Shown here in pieces: positions 49,597 through 59,124 of a stretch of 64,000 nucleotides of DNA. Position 1 is the first letter of the stretch; the number at the start of each line of letters is the position of its first letter. The position numbers were made by a program, and so were the translations under genes. The notes under the pieces are model-generated. The model saw only the letters and a list, made by a program, of their open reading frames with translations, had not been told where the DNA came from and did no database searches. This DNA comes from a virus. The stretch is taken from the IMG/VR virus record IMGVR_UViG_3300010885_044958, positions 1-64,000 of that record, one strand, 5' to 3'.

Positions 49597-51890
49597 ACAA
49601 CTGCTGTGTTTAATGTGCGATTGATTAATCCTGCAACCTCTTCGTCATCATTTTCTGTGGCGATATCTGCAATTTTATGCTTTATGTTATCTAAAATTTT
49701 GTACATTGCATCAGTTACTTCTTGAGCATACTTATTTGAAAGCATCCCAGACAATTCATCTACAGAATTATTTAATTCACCAAGAACTACAATCATTTCA
49801 CCAATTTTATCTCTGGCTATTGCCTCATCTATTTCTTCGTGATTTGGTTCATCTAGTTCTGGTTCATCCACTATTTCTGCATTTTCATAAACAATGATAT
49901 CTAATGGTTCTTTCTCCTCTGTTTGCAAAAGTTTTTCTTCTATTGTTGTTGTACTCGAACCTGGAGTATCTATTCCAAGCATTGATTTAATAGATTTTTT
50001 ATTCCAGTATTTATAAGGAATATCTGCAATTCTAAATCGCTTTTCCTCGTATCTTTCTAGAACATTCATTGCATCTTCTATTTCAGTTCTGATACTAGTT
50101 TGTCTTTTTACAGCATCTTCAATAGTCTTAGCAACTTCCCTATCCAGTTCTTCATTATCTGGGTCTAAAGTAGTATTTGGATCTTTAACCATACAATCAA
50201 AAACAAAATACTTTATTGCGTAGTACTGTTGCTCTTTTATTGCATTCATTGCTTCTGCTGCTGTAGTAAACACCTTATCATAAACAGAATCTCCGCCTGT
50301 TTGCAAAGTAAATTCTTCGTAAAACATTTTAGATTCATGCTTCTTATCGGATGTTTTTATGTCTTCCAAATAACCATTCTTTCCTATTGAATAATTTCTT
50401 GAAGAAAACAACGGTGTAAAGCTCTTAGACTTATATCTGTTATCGTCTAAATAAAATCCAAAACGCACATGCGCAGTCTGTCCTGTAGATTCTCCATGTA
50501 TATTTGTTACTGGATACATTGAATATTTACTAATCTGATGAGCAAAATTATGACTCATTAGATCTGGCAAAATCTTTTTATTTTTAATATCATCTTGAAG
50601 ATTATTCCATGCTTGCCCCCCTTTTAACATCACACCTCTATAAAAATAGTAAGCCTGTACATTTTGACCTTCTATATCATACCTTACACCCTTCTTATCT
50701 AACCAGAGTTTACCCATGCACAAAGCCGCGCTAGCATTCGGCATACGAAATCGCCCTTGCCAGAAATAGACCCTCCCACTTCCATCTAATGATTGATAAG
50801 GTCTTGTTTCATTCCAAATCTTTGAGCTTGAAGGTGTTACTCCCGGAATATCAAAAGGAATCATACCCTGTCCTTGTTGACCTCTTGTTATCAAATTTCT
50901 ATTTTGGCAACCTCTATTGTAATTAGGATAACACCCATCTCCATCCCAATTATAAGTATTATTATGCCCTTGATAAGTACTTACATGTACTACTTTTTCT
51001 TTACAATTAGGCCCATATAACCTCTTTACTTCGTGTTTAAATGTAGTAAATTTGCCATTTTTAATTTGCAAAACTACATTATAAGGAAAAACACAAATTT
51101 TATCATCTTTACTTGCTATTGCTCTTAAATATTCTGGAAGAGATGCAAAATACATACCTTCAGTAGTTTTCATATACCACATTGGTCTTTCTTCCCAGAC
51201 TGTATCCCCTTTATCTTCTGATTCATCTGGATGAGCATAATAACTACCGTGATAAACAAATAAACTATTTGGATCTCCTGCAAAATTCCATGCAAGTGCG
51301 GCATCTCCTTCATACTCATCCAATACTTTAAGACCTGCTTTATCTATACACATAGCAAGTCCTTCAGAATCTACTTGGTAACTACTATAAGGTATATTTG
51401 CCTCATTAGTAAGTTTTTGAATGTTACGGATGACTCCATTGTGAACGAGCCGTAAACATTTCTTAGGATCTTCATTTTCAATTGTAAATGGATGATTTGT
51501 ATCTTTTCCAGGAATTCCACCACCAGCAGCTTTACGATTATGAATCATTATTACACCACCATTATAAGTGATATTTTGCACATTATCTAAGTCTGAAATA
51601 AAGTTTTTCCAAGCCTTAGTATCTTTTTTAGTTGCGTTTGGTCCTTTCCAATCATCCCATCCTTTATATACTTCTCCGTTAATAAGCATTCCACAGCCAT
51701 CTCCACCACGATCTTGCAAATATAATCCTAAAATTTTCATTTTTTGGTAGGCAAGCATTTTTTGTGCTTCAGTAATTGCAGCTATCGGGGAAAAACAAGC
51801 CACTCCACATGGCAGTATCCCCGGAGTTCGTTTAAAGCAATTTATCAGTATAATCTGAATTATGATATAATAAAATATTATTGTTGACAT
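49593..51890 (-). CDS. Class II (Ntn) glutamine amidotransferase with an N-terminal hydrophobic leader and a long C-terminal extension
   Basis: CG at residues 28-29, RGGDGCG, HNRKA, HPF, HNGVI.N, VDSE, ERP. Confidence 0.85.
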   Translation of the reverse strand: MSTIIFYYIIIQIILINCFKRTPGILPCGVACFSPIAAITEAQKMLAYQKMKILGLYLQDRGGDGCGMLINGEVYKGWDDWKGPNATKKDTKAWKNFISDLDNVQNITYNGGVIMIHNRKAAGGGIPGKDTNHPFTIENEDPKKCLRLVHNGVIRNIQKLTNEANIPYSSYQVDSEGLAMCIDKAGLKVLDEYEGDAALAWNFAGDPNSLFVYHGSYYAHPDESEDKGDTVWEERPMWYMKTTEGMYFASLPEYLRAIASKDDKICVFPYNVVLQIKNGKFTTFKHEVKRLYGPNCKEKVVHVSTYQGHNNTYNWDGDGCYPNYNRGCQNRNLITRGQQGQGMIPFDIPGVTPSSSKIWNETRPYQSLDGSGRVYFWQGRFRMPNASAALCMGKLWLDKKGVRYDIEGQNVQAYYFYRGVMLKGGQAWNNLQDDIKNKKILPDLMSHNFAHQISKYSMYPVTNIHGESTGQTAHVRFGFYLDDNRYKSKSFTPLFSSRNYSIGKNGYLEDIKTSDKKHESKMFYEEFTLQTGGDSVYDKVFTTAAEAMNAIKEQQYYAIKYFVFDCMVKDPNTTLDPDNEELDREVAKTIEDAVKRQTSIRTEIEDAMNVLERYEEKRFRIADIPYKYWNKKSIKSMLGIDTPGSSTTTIEEKLLQTEEKEPLDIIVYENAEIVDEPELDEPNHEEIDEAIARDKIGEMIVVLGELNNSVDELSGMLSNKYAQEVTDAMYKILDNIKHKIADIATENDDEEVAGLINRTLNTAVV

Positions 51891-51917
51891 GTGTTTGTTT
51901 GTTGTTTTGTTTAAAAA

Positions 51918-51947
51918 TCGGGCTAGAATTATTAGTTCTAGCCCGTT
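51918..51947 (-). terminator. Hairpin (terminator or processing site) within the ligase cluster
   Basis: CGGGCTAGAA...TTCTAGCCCG stem with a T-run on the minus strand. Confidence 0.65.
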
Positions 51948-51956
51948 GTTAATAAA

Positions 51957-52865
51957 TTATTGTTTTACTTGTTCTTTATAGATACCGAGTTGCCTAGCTT
52001 TTTGTCGAGCTATTATTGGTAACTGATCTATATACCTCTGTGCTGTTATAGATCCGTAGCTTGGAGCACTACAAGATTCTATTACGATAAAATCTGGTGC
52101 CTCTCTTTGCTTACCTTTACCGTTTAATTCAGACTGTACTCGCAAATCTATTGCACCTACATCAAGACCTACAGATTTGATTGCTTTTACACATTCTTCT
52201 ACTATAGAATTCCAATTAGATGGTTTTTCAAATGTCTCATTATTTTCCAAAATCCAAACGCAATTATCATCATGCTTTTGAAATTTTTCATTTTCAGGCG
52301 TTCCATTTTTCAACATCTTACGACAAGTATAAAAACATGTACCGTTTACAGCATCAATATGTAACCTATATTCCCTTGAATAAGACATATAGTGTTCTAT
52401 AATATAATTACTCATATCATGTCCGGCTATAAATCTGTTTAATTCTTCTGATGTTTTTATAAATGAATTACCTTCGCCTCTAGACCCAAACAAACTTTTT
52501 ACAATAAGTGGGAATTTTAAATCCTCTATTTTTGCCGTTTTATCTGAACCAGAAACATGAAATAATGAATCTTTATATGTATACCAAGGTGCGGTTTTTA
52601 TTCCTGTCTGTGCAAAACATTTTTTCATCAATAATTTGCTAGAACTATTTTGCACACCTTTTATTTCATTTATTTCAATCATCTTTCCACCACGACTTAC
52701 AGCTTCTTCTGCGATTGTGGTACTACCTAACCTAACCACACATTTAAATGGCATACGAGGCAATTCTGTACGTAATACAGCATGTGAGGGATGACGTGAG
52801 AATACATGAAACTTATGACTTGTAGTTATTACCTTAGGCTGCAACTTCTTCTTTAGAGTATTCAT
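51957..52865 (-). CDS. ATP-grasp ligase (RimK-like)
   Basis: SSKL, FPLIVK...GSRGEG, IE.Y....EYR.H, GLD.GAID, IE..SAPS. Confidence 0.85.
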   Translation of the reverse strand: MNTLKKKLQPKVITTSHKFHVFSRHPSHAVLRTELPRMPFKCVVRLGSTTIAEEAVSRGGKMIEINEIKGVQNSSSKLLMKKCFAQTGIKTAPWYTYKDSLFHVSGSDKTAKIEDLKFPLIVKSLFGSRGEGNSFIKTSEELNRFIAGHDMSNYIIEHYMSYSREYRLHIDAVNGTCFYTCRKMLKNGTPENEKFQKHDDNCVWILENNETFEKPSNWNSIVEECVKAIKSVGLDVGAIDLRVQSELNGKGKQREAPDFIVIESCSAPSYGSITAQRYIDQLPIIARQKARQLGIYKEQVKQ

Positions 52866-53397
52866 ATATTTGTTTTAGATGTAAATAATTTAATCCGTCT
52901 GTTAATACTTCTAGTCTTGGTGTACCATTTTGTGTTCCATTATCATCATAATGTGATATTGCCGAACTAAAATATTTATTTTCTTTATCGTAGTCTTTTC
53001 TATTATCATAGTACCAAACCCTAGCTTCAATTTGTGGGCATTGCAAACTATAAATTTCTAAATTTTCATTCAATTCTACTAAAATACAAATACATTCTAA
53101 CAGAGTAAGACTTGGATAATAGTAATTAGCTAACAAAAACAAATCATGTGTTGATCTATTTTTATGCCCACGACATTGCATTATATTTTTTTCTTTTTCT
53201 TCGGCAGTTTCATCTACCCAAATACAATTATGTTCATATTCTTTATTCCATTTATTCAAAAACCAATTTAAAAATGATTTTGCATCCGGCAATTCATTAT
53301 AATCTAGTTCTTCATTCATTTTAAATCTGCGTTCTTGCAAATAATTTTTTTCGTTAGATGCAATTATTTCTAATATTTCTTGATCTTTTAGTTCCAT
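52834..53397 (-). CDS. Hypothetical protein in the ligase cluster
   Basis: 187 aa. QC....RS..D...L and C..I..RV. Confidence 0.6.
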   Translation of the reverse strand: MELKDQEILEIIASNEKNYLQERRFKMNEELDYNELPDAKSFLNWFLNKWNKEYEHNCIWVDETAEEKEKNIMQCRGHKNRSTHDLFLLANYYYPSLTLLECICILVELNENLEIYSLQCPQIEARVWYYDNRKDYDKENKYFSSAISHYDDNGTQNGTPRLEVLTDGLNYLHLKQIYEYSKEEVAA

Positions 53398-53400
53398 ATA

Positions 53401-54033
53401 TTATAGTTTATCTTCCATTAATTTTTTTAACAAATCTTGGCAATACTTTACTGGTTCTGATTCTACTTGCATAGCCTCTGGGTGCCATTGCGTTCCTAAA
53501 AACTGAGTCTTAGAGAAAAATAGAATTTCTGGTTCAATTGGCACATTCATTTGCTTACCTTCACCATCATCATGATGATTTGATAAATTATCTGCTGCAC
53601 CTATGATTCGATATTCATCTTCTGGCAAATTAAACGGATAACACATTTGGTGATGCATTGAGTTCACAGAAAATACTTTACCATCTTCTGTTTTAATTGT
53701 ATGCCTCCCTGGATGAGAAATATCTTGTATTAATTTTCCACCAGAAACTGCGCAACCATACTGAATTCCTTTGCATGTACCCCACAACTTTTTTCCAAGA
53801 CCTATCGCAGTTCTAATATCAGCAAGTTCTTCATCATGTTCCATTCTAGTAAATCCCCAACTAGCAGAATGCCTCTTTTCTTCGCCATAAATTCTTGTGT
53901 CGATATCGCTACCTCCATTTACAAAGACCAAATCAGCTTCTTCTACAGAATGTACTATTTCTCTATTTGGAACCCAGTTAGAATAACCAGAACCTCTTTT
54001 ACCTGCGTGATATACTTTTATCTTTTTTTGCAT
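53401..54033 (-). CDS. Class I glutamine amidotransferase / peptidase C26 (gamma-glutamyl hydrolase-like)
   Basis: GGSDID...YGE, GTCKG.Q nucleophile, VNSMHHQ, QWHPE. Confidence 0.9.
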   Translation of the reverse strand: MQKKIKVYHAGKRGSGYSNWVPNREIVHSVEEADLVFVNGGSDIDTRIYGEEKRHSASWGFTRMEHDEELADIRTAIGLGKKLWGTCKGIQYGCAVSGGKLIQDISHPGRHTIKTEDGKVFSVNSMHHQMCYPFNLPEDEYRIIGAADNLSNHHDDGEGKQMNVPIEPEILFFSKTQFLGTQWHPEAMQVESEPVKYCQDLLKKLMEDKL

Positions 54034-54038
54034 AATTT

Positions 54039-54863
54039 TTATTTTGGCATTTTAATTTTAAATTTTTCTATCCAATTCTTTGCAGATTCCAAGTCATTAT
54101 TATTTATTATTGCTTGAATATCATCTCCAAAGTTTTCTATTTCATATATGCGTCCTGCATTTACAAATTTTATTGCTTCTTCTGTTTGTTTAAAACACCA
54201 TTCTATTAGAGTCTTGGAGGATGCAAAATAGCCTGACAATACGCGATATTCTGCACCCCAAGGCTGTTGCCTCCAGTTACCAGCACAACCATATCCAGAT
54301 GTTCTCCTTTCATTTTCAGGCTCTAGAAACAGGCTAGGAATGCCTACAAATACATCCATAGCTTTCATTAATTCTATGTTTGTTTCTTTATTTGGAGATT
54401 CATAGCCAATATGCAAATGTGTCCCATTAACACGAAGACTATCACCATTTGGTACAGGATGTATTTCATCCATTGTCCAACAATTTAAGCTACTTTCGCA
54501 ACCGAAAGTATTTGCTGTTTCTGATTGTAATTGATCTTCATCTAATCTTGCACAGGCTGCAATTTCTATTTGTAAATTTTCTGGTAAAATACTATCTATA
54601 TATCTAAGAGCTTTCTGTACATTTAGATAAAATTGCCCGGCAGTTTTTGCAGGTTCAAGACCGAATTCTGCGCTGACACAATCTAAACTAGTAGCAAAGA
54701 ATTTACTACTCTCATCAAATTTGTGCGGATTTTTCTTTGTGCCCTTTATAATTCCTTCAGCAGTAACAACCTTATCTGAGATCTTATCTTTTAAAAAAAC
54801 CTCAATGTCTGAGCCTACTAACCAGTCAACAACCTTCTGTTTTTTTGCTTTTGCTATTGTCAT
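54039..54863 (-). CDS. phiEco32-like COOH-NH2 ligase type 2
   Basis: GSD.EVF, GTK..P, D.V.AEF, FGC, R..G.H.HIG, RR..YG.AG..R...WG.EYR.LS. Confidence 0.88.
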   Translation of the reverse strand: MTIAKAKKQKVVDWLVGSDIEVFLKDKISDKVVTAEGIIKGTKKNPHKFDESSKFFATSLDCVSAEFGLEPAKTAGQFYLNVQKALRYIDSILPENLQIEIAACARLDEDQLQSETANTFGCESSLNCWTMDEIHPVPNGDSLRVNGTHLHIGYESPNKETNIELMKAMDVFVGIPSLFLEPENERRTSGYGCAGNWRQQPWGAEYRVLSGYFASSKTLIEWCFKQTEEAIKFVNAGRIYEIENFGDDIQAIINNNDLESAKNWIEKFKIKMPK

Positions 54864-56032
54864 TTTGCATTTTTTAAAAAATTATACAACCCTTCATAAT
54901 CTTTATTTGTTATAAATGTTTTGCATTTTGGTATATCATTAATTCTATCTGGTAGATATTCAAATGATTCCCACATCTTATGCTTTGTTCTTATGTTGTT
55001 TACTATTACTTTTGGATCTGCAAAACAATTTAAAAGTCCTTTTGTTTGATAACCCATATGTACCAAACCTCTTTCTGTTAGATAATTCGGACCTAAATGT
55101 GCCATCATTAATGCTTCCCAATTAGATACTTTATCTTCTAAAGCATCTTTTATTTGCATTGCTAAAGCTGGAATATACCAGTGATTATTATGGTGCAAAT
55201 ATCTGAGTAACATCAAATGCAAATGACAATGCCATTCGTCTGCGTGATTTTTTACTTTAATTTCGACAAATGTTGATTTGCCTCCTGGAAAAATAGTGTA
55301 ATTGCTTGAATTTAAAACAAAATCTCTATCTTTTTCTGCAGGTGTTAATAATTTCTCGTAACATTTTGGAATTGCGCATTCACCTTCTAAAATATACTTA
55401 AATTCTATTTGGCAATTCTCTAAAAACTGCAACCACTTATGCACATCATAAATAGAATAGCCATAATAATTTAAATAGTAAGTAGGTAAATAATAAACAA
55501 AATCCATTTTTGTCTTGATATAATCACAACAATCTGCTTTAAAGCCAATTTGACCTCTACAAGCTTCACTTGCTAAATCTTCTTTAATTTGTCCAGTTTT
55601 AAAATCTATTGTGCATTTAGCTGTATAAACATACAATGTAATTGCCGATAAATTATTTTTTAGAATTCGTATATTCTTATTACAATCTATCTGAGAATAA
55701 TTTCCAGTAGAAGGTTTTCTAAATAGTTCTTCTGTGTCTAAAATATGTTTAAATGCTTCTTTTTCATATGCTGCTGCAATTTCTTCATATTTTTTAAAAT
55801 CTTTTTCTGCAATTTCTTCTAGATCTGCTTGTTGAAAAATATATCTTTTTGTATTTCCTGCACTAAAATAATTTACATAAAGTTGCCAAGCATCAGGTCT
55901 TGTATAGCCTTTGCTTGCAGTTTCTGAAGAAATGACTCCATACACACTATGTTTTTGTAAATTTTGCATTTCATTATTCAAACTGGTATACTTGTGGGGA
56001 TTCTTTATTAATACTCTGCTTCCAATTTGCAT
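54860..56032 (-). CDS. Hypothetical protein in the ligase cluster
   Basis: 390-aa ORF overlapping both neighbours. Confidence 0.65.
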   Translation of the reverse strand: MQIGSRVLIKNPHKYTSLNNEMQNLQKHSVYGVISSETASKGYTRPDAWQLYVNYFSAGNTKRYIFQQADLEEIAEKDFKKYEEIAAAYEKEAFKHILDTEELFRKPSTGNYSQIDCNKNIRILKNNLSAITLYVYTAKCTIDFKTGQIKEDLASEACRGQIGFKADCCDYIKTKMDFVYYLPTYYLNYYGYSIYDVHKWLQFLENCQIEFKYILEGECAIPKCYEKLLTPAEKDRDFVLNSSNYTIFPGGKSTFVEIKVKNHADEWHCHLHLMLLRYLHHNNHWYIPALAMQIKDALEDKVSNWEALMMAHLGPNYLTERGLVHMGYQTKGLLNCFADPKVIVNNIRTKHKMWESFEYLPDRINDIPKCKTFITNKDYEGLYNFLKNAK

Positions 56033-56457
56033 TTTGTGTCCAGTTTATGTGATTTTCTAATAAATTTTCTTTTACGATAATCGCCTGATTCAATTAGTTG
56101 TTCTTTAGCCCCAACAAAATCTGGTTGCCAAAATATAAATGCATTTCCAAATTCAGTTTCTATTAATTTTGCTTGGCCTCCACAAATATATTTTAAGAGA
56201 TTTTGCAAAACTGCATTTTGAGTAATTTTATATACTTCACAATGAATTGCAGAACTTCCCTTACCTAGTATACATGTATACCCTAAATTATACATTGTAA
56301 ATATAGGTTCTGTTAATATATTTCCTAGATATTCCGATTTATACTCAAGTAAAATTTTATTTTTAACTGATCCTTTTAATAAAGATCCCGAAACCAATAT
56401 TGTGATTTCGGGAGTAGTTTTATCTATCTTTAAATTTTTATTTAAATTTGTCTCCAT
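56008..56457 (-). CDS. Gamma-glutamylcyclotransferase-like protein (divergent)
   Basis: V.GSL.KG, F.MY.LG.., I..EVY.I, C-terminal I.SGD(Y/W). Confidence 0.65.
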   Translation of the reverse strand: METNLNKNLKIDKTTPEITILVSGSLLKGSVKNKILLEYKSEYLGNILTEPIFTMYNLGYTCILGKGSSAIHCEVYKITQNAVLQNLLKYICGGQAKLIETEFGNAFIFWQPDFVGAKEQLIESGDYRKRKFIRKSHKLDTKCKLEAEY

Positions 56458-57166
56458 TTATATATTGTTTTATTAAATTTATAATTAATTCTTCTGGCCA
56501 ATCAAGCTTTAAACTATTCCACCACCAGCAAACTATTCTACAATTATCTTGAGTATATCCTTTGCTATTATCAATTCTATCTATTGATGGAAGTAACGGA
56601 TTTGATTTGTATGCTTCTTTAGATGGAGATATTATTAAATCAAATCCTGTAGCTTCACATTTTAGTAAGGAAATTTGTGTAAGAAACCATTCTTTTGTTA
56701 AATTAAATTCAAGATTTCTTTTTTTAGCTGAATTTTTAGTAGAGCAAAATAGTTTATTTGCAAATCCGGTAAATGTTAAAAAATGCTCTTTTCTAGATCT
56801 TCTTTCGTGCATTTTTTCTGGATTGTTATGATAGTATTCTTTTGATTTATTTCGATGTGTTTCCATTACATCAGGCCTCTGACGGTATATTTGCATATAC
56901 TTATCTTCGCATTCAATGCATTTTGATCTATAGCCTATCTTAACTTTTGGATTTTTATAAAAACAATCTGTTGTTTTTGTTTCTTTACATAAATCACAAA
57001 CTTTATATCCGGTTTCAATTAATTTCATAGCTCTTCTGTACTTTCCAACAGCAGCATTTCTACACTTCTTACACTGGTTTATATAACCATCTTTAATACA
57101 TTTTGAACGAAAAAAGTGTGAGATATCTTTTTCTTCTTTACATACATGGCATATCTTTTTTTCCAT
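56438..57166 (-). CDS. HNH-type (His-Me finger) homing endonuclease with two Zn-finger repeats
   Basis: Two CxxC..K....F......GY...CxxC repeats, and C..TG...PSIDRIDNSKGYTQDNC..VC...N..K. Confidence 0.85.
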   Translation of the reverse strand: MEKKICHVCKEEKDISHFFRSKCIKDGYINQCKKCRNAAVGKYRRAMKLIETGYKVCDLCKETKTTDCFYKNPKVKIGYRSKCIECEDKYMQIYRQRPDVMETHRNKSKEYYHNNPEKMHERRSRKEHFLTFTGFANKLFCSTKNSAKKRNLEFNLTKEWFLTQISLLKCEATGFDLIISPSKEAYKSNPLLPSIDRIDNSKGYTQDNCRIVCWWWNSLKLDWPEELIINLIKQYINGDKFK

Positions 57167-57201
57167 AACATTCTATCGGGCATTCACTTTTAAGCCCTAA
57201 T

Positions 57202-57233
57202 AAAATATACAAAATTTATTTTAATATACCAAA
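57202..57233 (-). promoter_or_regulatory. Promoter TTTGG-N-TATATTTT for the HNH gene
   Basis: Minus strand TTTG (57230-57233), 20-nt spacer, TATATTTT (57202-57209). Confidence 0.6.
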
Positions 57234-57399
57234 CATAATATTACCTAGCATTGTGATAGGCATATTAAAATTTTGTTTTTGTGTTTGCATGTGTTTGTTT
57301 TATTAGTTATTTTTCATTTTCTAGAGTAATTGTTCCTTCAAATAATTCTAAATCTAACAGATTTATTGTGTTTAAATTTGCGCATTTTCTAAAATTTTT

Positions 57400-57618
57400 T
57401 TAATCTTTGGCAATATTACCATCTACTAATTCACTAAAACTAGGAGTTCCAATTTGTATTCTATTTTGCTTGTACCACAAGTTGTCGATATCCAAATGCT
57501 TTATTCTGAAGTTTTGGCGTGAAATAATTTTTAACTGCTCGGCAATTATTATATTTTTATCTTCTATTAATTGTTTCAGATCATTTATTGTTTGTTCTAA
57601 TATTTCTATATCTGTCAT
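57400..57618 (-). CDS. Hypothetical coiled-coil protein
   Basis: 72 aa, ATGA overlap with the primase gene. Confidence 0.55.
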   Translation of the reverse strand: MTDIEILEQTINDLKQLIEDKNIIIAEQLKIISRQNFRIKHLDIDNLWYKQNRIQIGTPSFSELVDGNIAKD

Positions 57619-58643
57619 AAAAATCCTTTATTATGTAATTGATTTTCTAATTCTTCTCTACCAAAATGTGACGTAATATCATAGCTATCTTCCAAACTAT
57701 ATTTTTCATAGTCTGATTTTGCTGTATTAAAATATTCTAATCCATAAGTTTTAGTTAATTCAGTACAAACACCAACAGCATGTGGGTCAGATCCAAGGCA
57801 AACTATAATTCTCTTATATTTTGATTGCAAATCTTTTATAATTTTTTCTGGCAAAGCCGCAACTGATTCGTTTTGAAGCCAAATTTGATCTGAAAAGTAG
57901 CGCATACAAGTAAGCCAGTCTTTCTTAGATTTTTGTACAAACAATCTATCATCTTTTTGTGGTAATGTATCCAAATTTCCTGGGCAATTCAATGGTACAC
58001 TACTTAAGAATTTCATTTTCTTATCTTGTGGGCAATAAATTTTTACACGTTTTTGCCATTTACCATTTATTTCACAATTAACTACATATGCGTATCTATG
58101 AAAATTATTTGGATTAAATATTTGTTGATTGTTAATATATAATTCTTTTACATAAAATACATCTCCTGCATTATTTAATTCATCTATTGTTATTTCACCA
58201 CGCCTAAAAAACAATGAGTTTTTCTTAGACCATTGTTCTGCAGAAAATTGTATCACAGTCTGCTTAGAGATTTCTTTATCTAAACTTTCTAATTCTTTAT
58301 AAAAACTTGCTGGTATTTTAGATTGCCTTCCAATAATTCCAAAATCTTCTGCAACAATGCGCAAACAATTTGCAAAATCACATCCGCATTTCTTTTTTAC
58401 TACTTGCCAACAATTTAGAATTTCAGAAGTCCTAAAGTCTTTATATAGAAGAGTTCCATTAGTATGTATAAATACTCCTGCACTTGCTAATTCATCTTTT
58501 CTAAACGGACTATTAAATGCCTTACCTATTTTAAATCGACCTAAGTAGAACAACATTATCTGAGTTTGATCTATCTTAGATAGGATATACTCCGGAGTCA
58601 ATCTAATCGGACTTCGTACTTTTGAAAAATCTAATTCTTGCAT
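57615..58643 (-). CDS. DNA primase (crAss-type, TOPRIM)
   Basis: SPFR.D...S......YKDF N-terminal domain, KIYCP, KS.KD, .NES, D...G-like region. Confidence 0.75.
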   Translation of the reverse strand: MQELDFSKVRSPIRLTPEYILSKIDQTQIMLFYLGRFKIGKAFNSPFRKDELASAGVFIHTNGTLLYKDFRTSEILNCWQVVKKKCGCDFANCLRIVAEDFGIIGRQSKIPASFYKELESLDKEISKQTVIQFSAEQWSKKNSLFFRRGEITIDELNNAGDVFYVKELYINNQQIFNPNNFHRYAYVVNCEINGKWQKRVKIYCPQDKKMKFLSSVPLNCPGNLDTLPQKDDRLFVQKSKKDWLTCMRYFSDQIWLQNESVAALPEKIIKDLQSKYKRIIVCLGSDPHAVGVCTELTKTYGLEYFNTAKSDYEKYSLEDSYDITSHFGREELENQLHNKGFL

Positions 58644-58752
58644 AGATTCTAATTTTTATTTTTTATTGCTCTACATATATCCCATAAAGCCATTACAATT
58701 AAGAATAGCCAAAAATTTGTTCAATACATCTTTGAATTTTTAAATATTTTAC

Positions 58753-58786
58753 AAAAAATGGGCTGCAAAACTTAATCTGCAGCCCT
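58753..58786 (-). terminator. Intrinsic terminator
   Basis: GGGCTGCA...TGCAGCCC stem with a T-run on the minus strand. Confidence 0.75.
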
Positions 58787-58812
58787 TACATTATTTTAAC
58801 TTGAGATTAAAC

Positions 58813-58944
58813 TCAACACATCTTCCCACCTTTCTTAGCTGTAGGCATTACTTTTCCTTTCGGATTCAGATTTTTTGTAACACTTGGAGTTGGACTCTTT
58901 GAAGCTGTTACTTTTGGATTTGCAGTCTTTGTTGACTTTGCCAT
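58813..58944 (-). CDS. 43-aa basic peptide (not in ORF track)
   Basis: MAKSTKTANPKVTASKSPTPSVTKNLNPKGKVMPTAKKGGKMC. Has an internal repeat and is followed by a terminator. Confidence 0.6.
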   Translation of the reverse strand: MAKSTKTANPKVTASKSPTPSVTKNLNPKGKVMPTAKKGGKMC

Positions 58945-59124
58945 AGTATTTAAATTTAAATTGGTTACTTGATTAAAAAAGCTTGCCGAGTTACCATAGT
59001 GCAGTACGGTTCTTCCTTAGTTTCTACAGATAATTTCTGGCTAGTATAATAGTCTACTACGCAGGACTGGCACATAGAAATAGCAAGGGTAATTTTACAT
59101 AACTTATTGATTATCAACGAGTTA

